From Chamaesiphon sp. (GTDB lineage Bacteria > Cyanobacteriota > Cyanobacteriia > Cyanobacteriales > Chamaesiphonaceae), in the NCBI GenBank assembly GCA_965246715.1, contig CBDFFH010000002.1:224001-288000 (forward strand): DNA of 64,000 nucleotides, read 5' to 3'. The position numbers were made by a program, and so were the translations under genes. Positions 40,719-52,948 of the stretch are shown here, piece after piece (the stretch's first letter is position 1; every line of letters starts with the position of its first letter). Under the pieces are notes generated by a model. That model worked only from the letters and a program-made list of their open reading frames with translations. It did no database searches and was not told where the DNA came from.

Positions 40719-41819
40719 ATGCACCCATTAATTAGTACTAAATACTATTTAAATTCAGATATATTTCAACAAGAAAAAAGTTTTTTGTTTCAAAATACAT
40801 GGACTTTTGCTGGACTAACTAGTGAAGTAAGTAAGCACAATGACTATTTACAAATCAATCTAGGAAATCAATCTGTAGTTATTCATAATTTTAGTGGTGA
40901 GTTGAAAGCATTCGATAATATTTGTACTCATAGATTTTGTCAAATTCATACAGACATTAAAGGTAATCGACCTTTACAATGCCCATATCATGGCTGGGCT
41001 TTCGATCGGTCAGGAGTTCCTGTCGGTATTCCCGATTCTGGGAGCTTTGATTGCCTAGATTCACAAGTAAGATATAATTTGAAGTTAAAAAACTGGCTTT
41101 TAGCAACTTGTGGATCGTTTATTTTTATTAAACAATCTGATGATGGAATTAGTCTGGAAAATTACCTAGGCGAAGCCCTTTCACAAATACTAATATTCTC
41201 TAATGCGATAGGAAACCAAATTTTTGACGATCGAATAACTGTTAATGCTAATTGGAAGATAGTCGTTGAGAATACATTGGAAGGCTATCATGTAAATTCT
41301 GTACATTCAGATACTTTTGGTAAATTTAGTATTGAAAATCCAAAATTTACACACCAAAAATATCATTCATCTTATCGAAGTACCTCTACTGATATTGATA
41401 AAAAGTGGCGACGTATTAAAAGGTTATTTGTAGATCGAGAGATCGGTGAAGACTTTTATAACCATCAACTGATATTTCCAAATCTTAACTTTGCATTTAG
41501 TCAAGGCATTTCATTTTTTATTCAAATAATTAGACCAGTTAGTATAGAACAAACTCAGGTTATAAATTATGTATTTATTGCTAATTTGAATCGAGTCTTG
41601 TCTCAAGTAGAAGAAGAAATCGTATCAGTTTTTAGCAACTCAATTGGTAAATTTTACGAGCAAGTTTTCCTAGAAGATAAGCAAATTTGCGAACAGATTC
41701 AACGAGGTATTAGTTCAATTAATGCATACGATTTTAAGAACTATAAAGGTATTTTAAGTAGCCATGAACAAAGAATATATACATTTCATCAGGCATATAT
41801 CGACCTGATGAAATCTTAA
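40719..41819 (+). CDS. Rieske non-heme iron oxygenase alpha subunit
   Basis: CTH...CPYHGW Rieske motif; NWK...EGYHV..VH...ED mononuclear Fe site. Confidence 0.92.
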   Translation: MHPLISTKYYLNSDIFQQEKSFLFQNTWTFAGLTSEVSKHNDYLQINLGNQSVVIHNFSGELKAFDNICTHRFCQIHTDIKGNRPLQCPYHGWAFDRSGVPVGIPDSGSFDCLDSQVRYNLKLKNWLLATCGSFIFIKQSDDGISLENYLGEALSQILIFSNAIGNQIFDDRITVNANWKIVVENTLEGYHVNSVHSDTFGKFSIENPKFTHQKYHSSYRSTSTDIDKKWRRIKRLFVDREIGEDFYNHQLIFPNLNFAFSQGISFFIQIIRPVSIEQTQVINYVFIANLNRVLSQVEEEIVSVFSNSIGKFYEQVFLEDKQICEQIQRGISSINAYDFKNYKGILSSHEQRIYTFHQAYIDLMKS

Positions 41820-41870
41820 TTTAAAACAGCTCGTAAAATACCATTATTTACATCGTAAAAATAAAATATT

Positions 41871-44588
41871 ATGACTAGTCTATCTTTTTCAGTAATTATC
41901 CCTACTAGACAAAGACATGATACTCTTAAATGGGCAATTCAGAGTGTTATCAATCAAAATTATCATAATTTTGAAATTGTTATTGCAGATAACCTTAGTA
42001 CTATAGAAACAGCTGAGATTGTTAATTCATTTGTAGACAATCGTATTAAATATTATCGTGCCCCTGTTAGCTTATCTATGGCAGATAATTGGGAATTGGG
42101 CATATCAAAAGCTACTGGAGACTATATTTTTATATTAGGTGATGATGATGCTCTGATGCCAGACGCGTTGGAAATAGCAGTACATCTAATTAATAAATAT
42201 AATTACAAAATAATATCTTGGCTGCGTTTTTTTTACGCCTGGGATAGTAGCATAGTACCTTGGCTTAGAAATAGTCTAGGTATTAACTTACAGCAATTTG
42301 CTGAAATTAGAAACTCACATAAATTTCTTAGAGAATTTTATCAATGCAAAATTGCATATGAGCAATTACCAATGGCGTATAATTCTTTCATTCATAAAGA
42401 TATTATTGCAAAAGTAAAATGTATTTATGGACGATATTTTGACACTCATTGTCCAGATGCTTTTTCTGGTATAGTCAATGCCTATTTTTCTGATACCTAT
42501 TTATACTCTTACCGTGCACTTTCTATCACAGGTACTTCAGGGCATAGTAATGGAGCCGCTCATTTATTTCCAGGCTTAAATAGCGACAAAAAGAGTCAAT
42601 CACAAATCTCTAATGAAGATCGTGATATTCTAGATAATTTTCATGTAGATTTATTGACGGAGGAGTTGATTCAAGTGCCCAGTGCCCCAGAAACAGGAGT
42701 AGCGGATGTCCAGCTAAAAGCTAAGGAAATTTTCTTTCCAAACAATAAAGCTATAGAGTTTAGTATACATAATTATTTAAATTTACTAATCGGTACTATT
42801 AACAGAGATACTATTAGCTATGATAATACTAAAAACTATATTTTAGGATTGAGTTATAAATATAAAATCAAACTAAATAGTCTGCTACAAATACCAACTA
42901 AGATTGAAAATTCAGAACATAAAAATTTTCAAGGTGTAGTAGTAGACAATAATGGTAAAGCTAATCATCTAAGAATTAATTGCGCTCAAGCTGGCATCTT
43001 CAATGTAGCTGATGCCGCTAAATTAGCATTAGCCGTTTTGCCACATTATTCCCAGCTTCAAATTTGTGAGGCTCCAGATCTGCGACTGTCTAACTTAGAC
43101 ACTCAGCCTAAAATTGCGATCGATGGTGTCTTCTTTCAGCTCTATAAAACGGGGATTGCTCGCGTCTGGAAGTCACTCTTAGAAGAGTGGGCGAGTACTG
43201 AATTTGGTAAGCATCTAATCGTACTCGATCGAGTCGGTACTGCACCTAAAATAGAGGGGGTTAGCTATTATCAGATTCCGGCTTATGATTATAATAATAC
43301 TGATGCCGATCGCGAGATGCTGCAGCAGGTGTGCGATGAGTTAGGAGTAGAATTATTTATCTCCACTTATTACACTACGCCACTAACAACACCTTCTGTC
43401 TTTATGGGATATGATATGATTCCTGAAGTTATAGGTGCCGATCTAAACCAACCGATGTGGCATGAAAAACAGCGGGGAATCGCTCATGCTTCGTCATTCT
43501 TAACTATTTCCGAACATACTGCCAGAGATTTAGTTAAATATTATCCAGTAATAGATCCATCAACTGTTACTCCCGCTCTTTGTGGTGTTCGTTCTCTATT
43601 TAAATCCGCTCGATCGACTGAAATTGAGTCGTTCCGAACTCAGTATAAGATTACGAAACCTTACTTCTTGTTAGTAGGTGCTGGTGGTGGTTATAAAAAT
43701 ACAATTCTGTTCTGGCAAGGATTTGCTAAGTTAGCAAATAATAGCGATTTTGATATTGTTTGTACTGGCGTAGCCGGAATAAGTGCTGAGGAATATTCTA
43801 CTTATGCTCCAGGTAGTCAAGTCCACTGTTTACAACTAGACGATCTGACTTTAAATCTTGCCTATGCAGCAGCAACTGCACTGATTTATCCTTCTAAATA
43901 TGAAGGCTTTGGATTGCCTGTTGTTGAAGCGATGGCTTCTGGTTGTCCGGTGATTACCTGTCATAATGCCTCGATCCCAGAAGTTGCTGGTACCGCAGCA
44001 ATTTATATCGATGATGCTAGTATTGAGGAAATGACTCAAGCATTAGTCTCGGTGCAACAAGCTGAAGTTCGAGATCCATTAATTGCTGCTGGATTAATTC
44101 AATCTCAGAAATTCTCATGGGCGAAGATGGCAAGAATTGTCGAGTCAGTTCTGACGGAGCAAACCTTAGCTCATCTAGAATTAAACGAGCAAAACTTAAT
44201 CATTTCGCCTGATTGGTCGGCAGATGAAGAATTATTAGGCGAGGAATTAGGCAAGATCTTCTACCAACTAGCACAACATCCTGATGCAGGTCAAATATCT
44301 TTAATAGTTGAGACGGGTAGTTTGACAGATATCGAAATTGCCAACAATCTCATCTCTGCTGTAATAATGAATTTAATGTTGACTGAGGAGTTAGATGTTA
44401 CTGAGTTTATTGCAATATCTCTTACTGGCAAATTAGCACCCATCCAATGGTCGATGTTGTTACCTAAATTACATGGGAAGATTAAGTTAGAATTAGAGCA
44501 TCTTCATGTAATCGAGCTATCTGATTTGCCTAATGTAAAACTAAATGGCAACAATATAGGTAGTTGCGCACAAATGTCTATAGCTTAG
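41871..44588 (+). CDS. GT2-GT4 bifunctional glycosyltransferase
   Basis: SVIIPT...LGDDD (GT2); YPSKYEGFGLPVVEAMASGCP (GT4). Confidence 0.92.
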   Translation: MTSLSFSVIIPTRQRHDTLKWAIQSVINQNYHNFEIVIADNLSTIETAEIVNSFVDNRIKYYRAPVSLSMADNWELGISKATGDYIFILGDDDALMPDALEIAVHLINKYNYKIISWLRFFYAWDSSIVPWLRNSLGINLQQFAEIRNSHKFLREFYQCKIAYEQLPMAYNSFIHKDIIAKVKCIYGRYFDTHCPDAFSGIVNAYFSDTYLYSYRALSITGTSGHSNGAAHLFPGLNSDKKSQSQISNEDRDILDNFHVDLLTEELIQVPSAPETGVADVQLKAKEIFFPNNKAIEFSIHNYLNLLIGTINRDTISYDNTKNYILGLSYKYKIKLNSLLQIPTKIENSEHKNFQGVVVDNNGKANHLRINCAQAGIFNVADAAKLALAVLPHYSQLQICEAPDLRLSNLDTQPKIAIDGVFFQLYKTGIARVWKSLLEEWASTEFGKHLIVLDRVGTAPKIEGVSYYQIPAYDYNNTDADREMLQQVCDELGVELFISTYYTTPLTTPSVFMGYDMIPEVIGADLNQPMWHEKQRGIAHASSFLTISEHTARDLVKYYPVIDPSTVTPALCGVRSLFKSARSTEIESFRTQYKITKPYFLLVGAGGGYKNTILFWQGFAKLANNSDFDIVCTGVAGISAEEYSTYAPGSQVHCLQLDDLTLNLAYAAATALIYPSKYEGFGLPVVEAMASGCPVITCHNASIPEVAGTAAIYIDDASIEEMTQALVSVQQAEVRDPLIAAGLIQSQKFSWAKMARIVESVLTEQTLAHLELNEQNLIISPDWSADEELLGEELGKIFYQLAQHPDAGQISLIVETGSLTDIEIANNLISAVIMNLMLTEELDVTEFIAISLTGKLAPIQWSMLLPKLHGKIKLELEHLHVIELSDLPNVKLNGNNIGSCAQMSIA

Positions 44589-44598
44589 TAATCGGTTT

Positions 44599-44636
44599 AA
44601 ACCCTGATGGTTGGTAGTGCCAAGCATCAGGGTTTT
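44599..44636 (+). terminator. Intrinsic terminator after the glycosylation cluster
   Basis: AAACCCTGATG...CATCAGGGTTTT. Confidence 0.65.
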
Positions 44637-44738
44637 CGGCGATCGCAAGTCGGAGCTAATTTATCCTAGAATTAAGCTCGATCGATGGGTACGAGCGAAA
44701 TGTTAAACTACTTTAAGTTTTTGGGTAGTAAATTTTCT

Positions 44739-45887
44739 ATGGTGATTCGCCTCTTGCAACTAAGCAAACAAGCTGGATGGTTTTCGCTGTTGGTGTGGCT
44801 GTTGCTAAGCACTCCCGCCCAAGCTTATCAACTGCGTGTTGCTGTAGCGAAAAAAATTCCCCAAATCCAGCTCGCTAGTTCGACGCTAGCGACGATTAGC
44901 GATGGTGCCGGACGCAAGATTGGCGAACTGTTGCCGCTAAAAGGTGCGATCGCCAAAGCCGAGAATAATGAGATAAAATTTGGCGATGTGCGTATTGCCG
45001 AACTCTGGATAACGCCGCAATCGGGTGGCTATGTGTGGATTGGCGATCGATGGTATCGTGGTGCGGTGCAGGTGATTCCTGATGGTAAACAGTTGGTAGC
45101 GATCGATCGAGTCGATCTCGAACAGTACTTGTATAGTGTCTTGGGTGCCGAAATGAGTAAGGACTTTCCGGCGGAGGCGCTCAAGGCACAAGCCGTTGCC
45201 GCCCGTACCTATGCACTCTATCGCAGCCGAGCTGCTAGCAAAAAGATCTTCGATGTCGATTCGACTCAAGATAGCCAGGTATATCGCGGTTTGTCTAGCG
45301 AAGCAAGTACTACACAGGCGGCTGTAGATGCCACCAGCGGCCAAATAATGACCTACCAGGGCAAACCGATCTTGGCGGTCTTTCATTCGGCTTCTGGCGG
45401 CCATACAGAGAACGTTGAAGATATTTGGAGCGATCGCGTACCGTATTTACGAGGGGTGCCAGATTACGATCTCGGTACGCCAGGATATGAGTGGAGTAAA
45501 ATCTTTAGTACCAGTCAATTGAGTCAAATGTTGAAGGTCGATCGAATCCAAACGATTGCTGCCGATCGATTGACTCAATTTGGGAGTGTTGTCAGCCTGA
45601 AAGTTGTTGGCGACAAGGAAAAAACTTTAACTGGCAGTCAGATCCGCACTACGCTCAAGCTGCGAAGTTTGCGCTTTACGATTAGTCCCACCCCTGATGG
45701 GTATGTCTTCAACGGTCGTGGCTACGGACACGCGCTAGGAATGAGTCAGTGGGGCGCTTATAGTATGGCGCAGCAGGGGATGACCTACGCGACGATTTTA
45801 GCTCACTACTATAGTGGTGTCGAGTTCGGGAAGTTGGCAGAGCGGGGCGTGGGAACTAGTACCACCGTAACTCGTCTTTTAGATTAA
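44739..45887 (+). CDS. SpoIID/LytB-domain protein
   Basis: EALKAQAVAARTYA, SQVYRG, GYGHALGMSQWGA. Confidence 0.92.
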   Translation: MVIRLLQLSKQAGWFSLLVWLLLSTPAQAYQLRVAVAKKIPQIQLASSTLATISDGAGRKIGELLPLKGAIAKAENNEIKFGDVRIAELWITPQSGGYVWIGDRWYRGAVQVIPDGKQLVAIDRVDLEQYLYSVLGAEMSKDFPAEALKAQAVAARTYALYRSRAASKKIFDVDSTQDSQVYRGLSSEASTTQAAVDATSGQIMTYQGKPILAVFHSASGGHTENVEDIWSDRVPYLRGVPDYDLGTPGYEWSKIFSTSQLSQMLKVDRIQTIAADRLTQFGSVVSLKVVGDKEKTLTGSQIRTTLKLRSLRFTISPTPDGYVFNGRGYGHALGMSQWGAYSMAQQGMTYATILAHYYSGVEFGKLAERGVGTSTTVTRLLD

Positions 45888-45939
45888 CAAACAGCGCCAA
45901 ATTTCTCGGCACAAACGATCTCGATGAGCTAGTAGATCG

Positions 45940-46092
45940 CCCAAGTTGCTACGTATAAGCAAAGCGGTTAGAAACCGCTCCTCGGAATGCAAAGTCCGCC
46001 TTCGCGGACTAACTATCTAGTCCGCGAAGGCGGACTTTGCATCATTAGCCACGATTTCAATCGTAGGCATTCTACAGGTAGCAACTTAGGTT
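45940..46092. mobile_element. MITE-like element
   Basis: IR CCCAAGTTGCTAC / GTAGCAACTTAGG; internal palindrome GCAAAGTCCGCCTTCGCGGACTA...TAGTCCGCGAAGGCGGACTTTGC related to 24769-24818. Confidence 0.65.
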
Positions 46093-46266
46093 AGGTAGTT
46101 ACGCACTGACTCGCGATCGTCAGTAGTTTCGTGTTATGAATATAAGGAATTCGGATCGATAAATAAATTTTTTGAACTCGCGGCGAACGGCTTGCTCTCT
46201 AAACTTCCCGATCGAGTATCTTAGCTTTTTATATACTCTATTCTTTATCCCCTATTCCGAGGCTTT

Positions 46267-47859
46267 ATGCGTGCACTGCTCGTCTATCCACAATTTCCCA
46301 AGACGTTCTGGTCTTATGAAAAGATTCTCGAATTAGTCGATCGCAAAGTCGTCCTACCACCATTAGGATTGATTACGGTTGCGGCAATCTTGCCCCAGGA
46401 ATGGGAATTTAAGGTGGTCGATCGCAATGTCCGCTCGGTAACTGAGGAAGAATGGGCATGGGCTGATATTACGATTATGTCGGCGATGATCGTCCAAAAA
46501 CAGGATCTCGCCGATCAGATTCAGCTCGCCAAACAACACGGTAAACTAGTTGCCGTCGGCGGCCCATATCCGACCTCGGTACCGCACGAATCACTAGCTG
46601 CTGGAGCGGATTTCCTGATTCTCGATGAAGGCGAAATCACCCTGCCGATGTTTGTTGAGGCGATCGCCAGAGGCGACACTAGTGGTACCTTCCGCGCCAA
46701 TGAAGGCGAAAAACCCGACGTTACTACCACCCCCATCCCCCGCTACGACTTACTCGAACTCGATGCTTACGATTCGATGTCCGTGCAATTTTCACGCGGC
46801 TGTCCGTTTCAGTGCGAGTTTTGCGATATTATCGTCCTTTACGGACGCAAACCGCGCACCAAAAATCCATCTCAAATTCTCGCCGAACTCGATCGGCTAT
46901 ACGAGTTAGGCTGGCGCAGAACTGTATTCATGGTGGACGATAACTTCATTGGAAATAAGCGGAATGTGAAGTTGTTGCTCCAAGAACTCAAGATTTGGCA
47001 AAAAGAACACGGCTATCCCTTCCGCTTGGATACCGAAGCCTCAGTAGATTTAGCTCAGGATGACGAGTTGCTAGAACTGATGGTCGATTGTAACTTTGCG
47101 GCGGTCTTCATCGGGATCGAAACTCCAGATGAAGCCAGTCTGGCAATGACTAAGAAATTTCAAAATACGCGCGGTTCGCTTGCAGATTCGCTCGATAAGA
47201 TTACCAAAGCTGGGCTGCGGCCGATGGCTGGGTTTATTATCGGTTTTGATGGCGAACAAAAAGGTGCTGGCGATCGCATCGTCCAATTTGTCGAAGCTGC
47301 GGCCATTCCCACGACGACATTTGCGATGTTGCAAGCATTGCCCAATACCGCGCTGTGGCATCGGTTGGAGAAAGAAGGCAGAATGCGCAGCGGCGATGGC
47401 AACATCAACCAAACCACGCTGATGAATTTCGAGCCGACGCGCCCGATTGCTGAAATTGCGCGGGAATATATCGATGCATTTTGGCGAATTTACGATCGCA
47501 AGAGTTTCCTCGATCGCACCTATCGCTGTTTTATGAACCTCGGTGCACCACGCGCTACTGCCGAGTTTAAATTCCCCGATCTCGTCACATTACGAGCATT
47601 TGCAATTATTATCTGGCGACAAGGCTTCTTCTACGAAACCCGCTGGATGTTCTGGCATCACCTATTTAGCATCTTGCGCCACAATCCAGCTGTCTTCGAC
47701 CATTACATGGCCGTCTGCGCGCAAAACGAACATTTTAATGAGTATCGCGAGATCGTCCGCGACGAAATCGAAGCTCAACTAGCCGAAGTTTTAGCTCACA
47801 GTCAACAGGAAGCCGCAGCGATGCCACTTCCGGCTGAGTCTGTAGCTGTCCCGAACTAA
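46267..47859 (+). CDS. B12-binding-domain radical SAM protein
   Basis: PPLGL, VGGPY, RGCPFQCEFC, DDNF. Confidence 0.92.
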   Translation: MRALLVYPQFPKTFWSYEKILELVDRKVVLPPLGLITVAAILPQEWEFKVVDRNVRSVTEEEWAWADITIMSAMIVQKQDLADQIQLAKQHGKLVAVGGPYPTSVPHESLAAGADFLILDEGEITLPMFVEAIARGDTSGTFRANEGEKPDVTTTPIPRYDLLELDAYDSMSVQFSRGCPFQCEFCDIIVLYGRKPRTKNPSQILAELDRLYELGWRRTVFMVDDNFIGNKRNVKLLLQELKIWQKEHGYPFRLDTEASVDLAQDDELLELMVDCNFAAVFIGIETPDEASLAMTKKFQNTRGSLADSLDKITKAGLRPMAGFIIGFDGEQKGAGDRIVQFVEAAAIPTTTFAMLQALPNTALWHRLEKEGRMRSGDGNINQTTLMNFEPTRPIAEIAREYIDAFWRIYDRKSFLDRTYRCFMNLGAPRATAEFKFPDLVTLRAFAIIIWRQGFFYETRWMFWHHLFSILRHNPAVFDHYMAVCAQNEHFNEYREIVRDEIEAQLAEVLAHSQQEAAAMPLPAESVAVPN

Positions 47860-48281
47860 AACTCGATCGCATCCAAAAAGAGTGCTGCTAAACTAATTTA
47901 GCAGCACTCTTTTTGATAAGGGCAGGATAAATATTTGTAATTTAGTATTAAGCTGAAACCTAGATGGTGGGCAGTGCCCACCCTACGCACTCTACATGGC
48001 CGTCTGCGCGCAAAACGAACATTTCAATGAGTATCGCGAGATCGTCCGCGATGAAATCGAAGCTCAACTAGCCGAAGTTTTAGCCCACAGTCAACAGCAA
48101 GCCGTCGCAATACCAACTCCTGCTGAGTCTGTAGCCGTCCCGAACTAAAGCTCGATCTCATCCAAAAAGAGTGTTGCTAAATTAGTTTAGCAGCACTCTT
48201 TTTGATAAGGGCAGGATAAATATTTGTAATTTAGTATTAAGCTGAAACCTAGATGGTGGGCAGTGCCCACCCTACGCACTC
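47704..48281 (+). repeat. 289-bp tandem duplication of gene 3' end, terminator and REP hairpin
   Basis: Units 47704-47992 and 47993-48281; each ends with GGTGGGCAGTGCCCACCCTACGCACTC. Confidence 0.92.
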
Positions 48282-48508
48282 CTGGCTTCCTACTGCCCCC
48301 AACAGATCGACACCAACCCACAGATCGATTCCCATTGCAGAGCTAATGCGAAGCGCGTCAAGCTACCCACAAACCAACCCTTGTGCAGGGGAGTTTGAGG
48401 GGCGGCACCCCGCTCCTCAACGGGGGGTCTGGGGGTCGGAACCCCCAGATTCGGGTTTTTGCTTCTCACAATAACAAACGATCGACTCTTATTCCCGAAC
48501 TGAGTTAA

Positions 48509-49120
48509 CTACTGAACCAACGCCAACGGTGGATTAGCAGCACTCACACGCCGATCGATCACAGTATCGATTAAGCCATAATCCTTAGCTTCCTCAGCAG
48601 ACATGTAAAAATCGCGATCGGTATCCTCTTGGATCTTCGCTAAGGGTTGCCCCGTATGCTGTGCGAGCAGATCGTTGAGTTTCCCCTTAATGTAAAGAAT
48701 TTCCTTAGCTTGGATCGCGATGTCTGTCGCTTGTCCTTGCGCGCCACCCAGAGGTTGGTGGATCATGATCCGCGAACTGGGTAGACTCATCCGCTTCCCT
48801 TTAGCACCCGCACTGAGTAAAAACGCACCCATACTTGCAGCAAAGCCCATACACACAGTGCAGACATCAGGACGAATCTGATTCATCGTGTCAAAAATCC
48901 CCATCCCCGCTGAAACCGAGCCACCAGGAGAATTGATATACACATAGATATCTTTTTCTGGATCTTCAGCTTCCAAGAAAAGTAATTGAGCCACAATCAA
49001 ATTAGCTAAATCTGAATCTACCTGAGAACCCAAGAAAATAATGCGATCGCGCAATAGCCGCGAATAAATGTCAAAGGCGCGTTCGCCTCTACCAGATTGT
49101 TCGATTACGGTAGGTATCAT
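48509..49120 (-). CDS. clpP: ATP-dependent Clp protease proteolytic subunit
   Basis: [28 protein letters not shown]. Confidence 0.96.
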   Translation of the reverse strand: MIPTVIEQSGRGERAFDIYSRLLRDRIIFLGSQVDSDLANLIVAQLLFLEAEDPEKDIYVYINSPGGSVSAGMGIFDTMNQIRPDVCTVCMGFAASMGAFLLSAGAKGKRMSLPSSRIMIHQPLGGAQGQATDIAIQAKEILYIKGKLNDLLAQHTGQPLAKIQEDTDRDFYMSAEEAKDYGLIDTVIDRRVSAANPPLALVQ

Positions 49121-49374
49121 AGCTATGCCAATATATATCGATTCTTCTTATTATCACTCAATCTAGGGGGCATCGGTCTAGGGGTTTCCGTACTCGAAGT
49201 GCTAGGCAGGATGGCTATCGCTAAAATGGTTGAGTTACAACACAGCTTCAGACAAGTACCAGGCGATCGCTTGACATTTGCCCAAAAACACCTCTCAAAC
49301 AAATTTAACGGAATATCCGTTTGAAGTGTAAGATGGAAAAGCCATTTTCGTAATCGATCGTCACTCTGTAGGCT

Positions 49375-50211
49375 ATGAATTTTGACCCTTCATCTACTTT
49401 GCCCAACCTGAATACTCAAGAGGAACCAGATTTCTCAGTTAGTCCAGCGGCACAACCCAAATTACAAATTCGACTCAAGAACGAAGATGGAGTGGTGAAA
49501 TTGATTTTGCCTACAGAAGCAGAAACACCAAAGTCTGCTAGTTGGAACGATCTGTGGGAACAACTTCAGCAAAGACTTCAAGGTGGTAAGCGATTTTGGC
49601 AACCCTTGGCAGCGGTGCATTTGATCGCCCAAGATCGGTTATTGGATGCCCGTCAATTGCAATCGATTGCCGAGGCGCTCGGCGATGTGTCGTTACAACT
49701 GCAACTAGTCGAGACCAGCCGCCGCCAAACGGCTGTAGCTGCGGCCACCGCAGGTTATTCGATTACTCAGCCATCGACGATCGCGCCCTTAACACCACCC
49801 CAAGTCGAGTCGCAGACGACCATCCTCGCCGAACCGATGTACCTCCAAATTACGGTGCGCTCGGGGATGGACATCCGGCATGAAGGTTCCATCATCATTA
49901 TGGGCGATGTCAATCCTGGTGGCGAGATTTATGCAGCAGGGGATATCATTGTCTGGGGCAGATTGCGCGGCATCGCTCATGCTGGCTATCCCAACAACCC
50001 TCAATGTCTGATTATGGCATTACAAATGGAACCAACCCAACTGCGAATCGCCGATCGAGTGGCCCGGTCGCCGGAAACCCCACCGCCCCAATTCGAGCCA
50101 GAGATTGCCTATATTACGCCCCAAGGAATTCGGATCGCCCGGGCGATCGATCTCAAAACTACACCGTATTTGCGCGAATTAGCACTTCCAGGTTCTCAGC
50201 GATCTGACTGA
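49375..50211 (+). CDS. minC: Septum site-determining protein MinC
   Basis: TVRSG, GDVNPGG, WGRLRGIAHAG; upstream of minD. Confidence 0.93.
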   Translation: MNFDPSSTLPNLNTQEEPDFSVSPAAQPKLQIRLKNEDGVVKLILPTEAETPKSASWNDLWEQLQQRLQGGKRFWQPLAAVHLIAQDRLLDARQLQSIAEALGDVSLQLQLVETSRRQTAVAAATAGYSITQPSTIAPLTPPQVESQTTILAEPMYLQITVRSGMDIRHEGSIIIMGDVNPGGEIYAAGDIIVWGRLRGIAHAGYPNNPQCLIMALQMEPTQLRIADRVARSPETPPPQFEPEIAYITPQGIRIARAIDLKTTPYLRELALPGSQRSD

Positions 50212-50388
50212 ATTTTTGGTTGGCGATAATATGTAATTATGACCGAATCAGGTGATTTTAATAATTTTATCAGTGCTGTAGTAAATATGTATTTAACGAT
50301 TAGCATTATCCGCATAGATCGATCGAGGGGAATTTATCCGAGTGGAAAAACCCCTTAATTCAATTCATAATTTATCATTCATAATTTA

Positions 50389-51189
50389 ATGAGTCGCATT
50401 ATCGTAATTACTTCCGGTAAGGGTGGAGTGGGTAAAACCACTGTAACTGCCAACCTGGGGATGACCCTTGCCAAGATGGGCTATAAAGTTGCCCTGGTAG
50501 ACGGAGATTTTGGACTCCGAAATCTCGATCTGTTGTTGGGCTTAGAAAATCGCGTTGTCTATACTGCGGTCGAAGTCCTCGCGGGTGAATGCCGTCTCGA
50601 CCAAGCATTAGTGCGCGACAAACGCCAACCCGGACTCGTATTACTCCCCGCTACCCAAAATCGCAAGGCGGAGATGATCACCCCCAACCACATGAAATGG
50701 ATGATCGGCGAACTCGCGCCGCAGTTTGATTTCGTGTTGATCGATAGTCCTGCGGGGATTGAAATGGGCTTCAAAAATGCGATCGCTGCTGCCCAAGAAG
50801 CCCTAATCGTCACGACTCCAGAGATTTCTGCCGTCCGCGATGCCGACCGGGTCATTGGCTTACTCGAAGCGAGTAATATTACTCCAGCCAGACTGATTGT
50901 CAATCGATTACGTCCTTCGATGGTCGAAGCCAGCGAGATGATGTCTGTCGAAGATGTCAGTGAAATACTCGCGGTACAGTTGATCGGTGTCGTTCCTGAA
51001 GACGAGCGCGTAATCACTTCTACCAATCGTGGCGAACCGCTGGTACTCGAGGCTAACTCTACTTCTCGTGCCGCCCAAGCCTTCGACAACATCGCCCATC
51101 GCCTCTGCGGCGAGAAAACTCCCTATTTAGAACTTTCTACGGATCGTGATAATTTATTGACACGAATACGTAAGATCTTTGCTAAGTAG
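50389..51189 (+). CDS. minD: Septum site-determining ATPase MinD
   Basis: SGKGGVGKTT, DFGLRNLD, DSPAGIE. Confidence 0.96.
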   Translation: MSRIIVITSGKGGVGKTTVTANLGMTLAKMGYKVALVDGDFGLRNLDLLLGLENRVVYTAVEVLAGECRLDQALVRDKRQPGLVLLPATQNRKAEMITPNHMKWMIGELAPQFDFVLIDSPAGIEMGFKNAIAAAQEALIVTTPEISAVRDADRVIGLLEASNITPARLIVNRLRPSMVEASEMMSVEDVSEILAVQLIGVVPEDERVITSTNRGEPLVLEANSTSRAAQAFDNIAHRLCGEKTPYLELSTDRDNLLTRIRKIFAK

Positions 51190-51428
51190 TAATATATATA
51201 ACTAAAAGGCAGTTACAGCCTACTGTTAGTTAGTTGTAACTGCCCAATAAATTCATTAAGCTGTTCGGTAGCAGGAGATCGTAGTATCATTTACGATCTA
51301 GCTGAGTTAATGACAACTAAAAATTTGACTGCTAGATTGTCAAGTATGTCAGCGATCGTTGTCACTAGTCCCCTCCCCGCACCAACTTAATTATTCAGGT
51401 GCTAATCCTTTCTATCGATCGCATTACT

Positions 51429-51746
51429 ATGATTATGATTAACGAATTTCTGGAAATGTTATTCCCCCGCGCCACTGAGCCGAGTAGGGAACATGTGAAG
51501 CGACGATTGCAATTAGTCATCGCTCACGATCGTACCGATCTTAGCCCCCAGATGGTGGATATGATGCGCCAAGAAATTCTCGAAGTTGTATCGCGGTATG
51601 TTGAAATCGATTCTCAAGGCTTGGACTTCTCTTTAGAAAGCAATCAAAGAGTCACTGCACTCATCGCCAATCTCCCCATCCGGCGCGTCAAAGATGATGG
51701 CGAAGTATCGCCGCTGGGATGGGCTGGCGACGATCCCGCGAGTTAG
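51429..51746 (+). CDS. minE: Cell division topological specificity factor MinE
   Basis: [32 protein letters not shown]. Confidence 0.93.
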   Translation: MIMINEFLEMLFPRATEPSREHVKRRLQLVIAHDRTDLSPQMVDMMRQEILEVVSRYVEIDSQGLDFSLESNQRVTALIANLPIRRVKDDGEVSPLGWAGDDPAS

Positions 51747-51766
51747 AAATAGTGACTAGTGGCTAG

Positions 51767-52948
<1,182 letters not shown>

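Noticed and set aside
48383..48452. G/C-rich hairpins downstream of clpP
   Set aside because: Resemble ordinary cyanobacterial dispersed palindromic repeats; a single copy here gives nothing further to support
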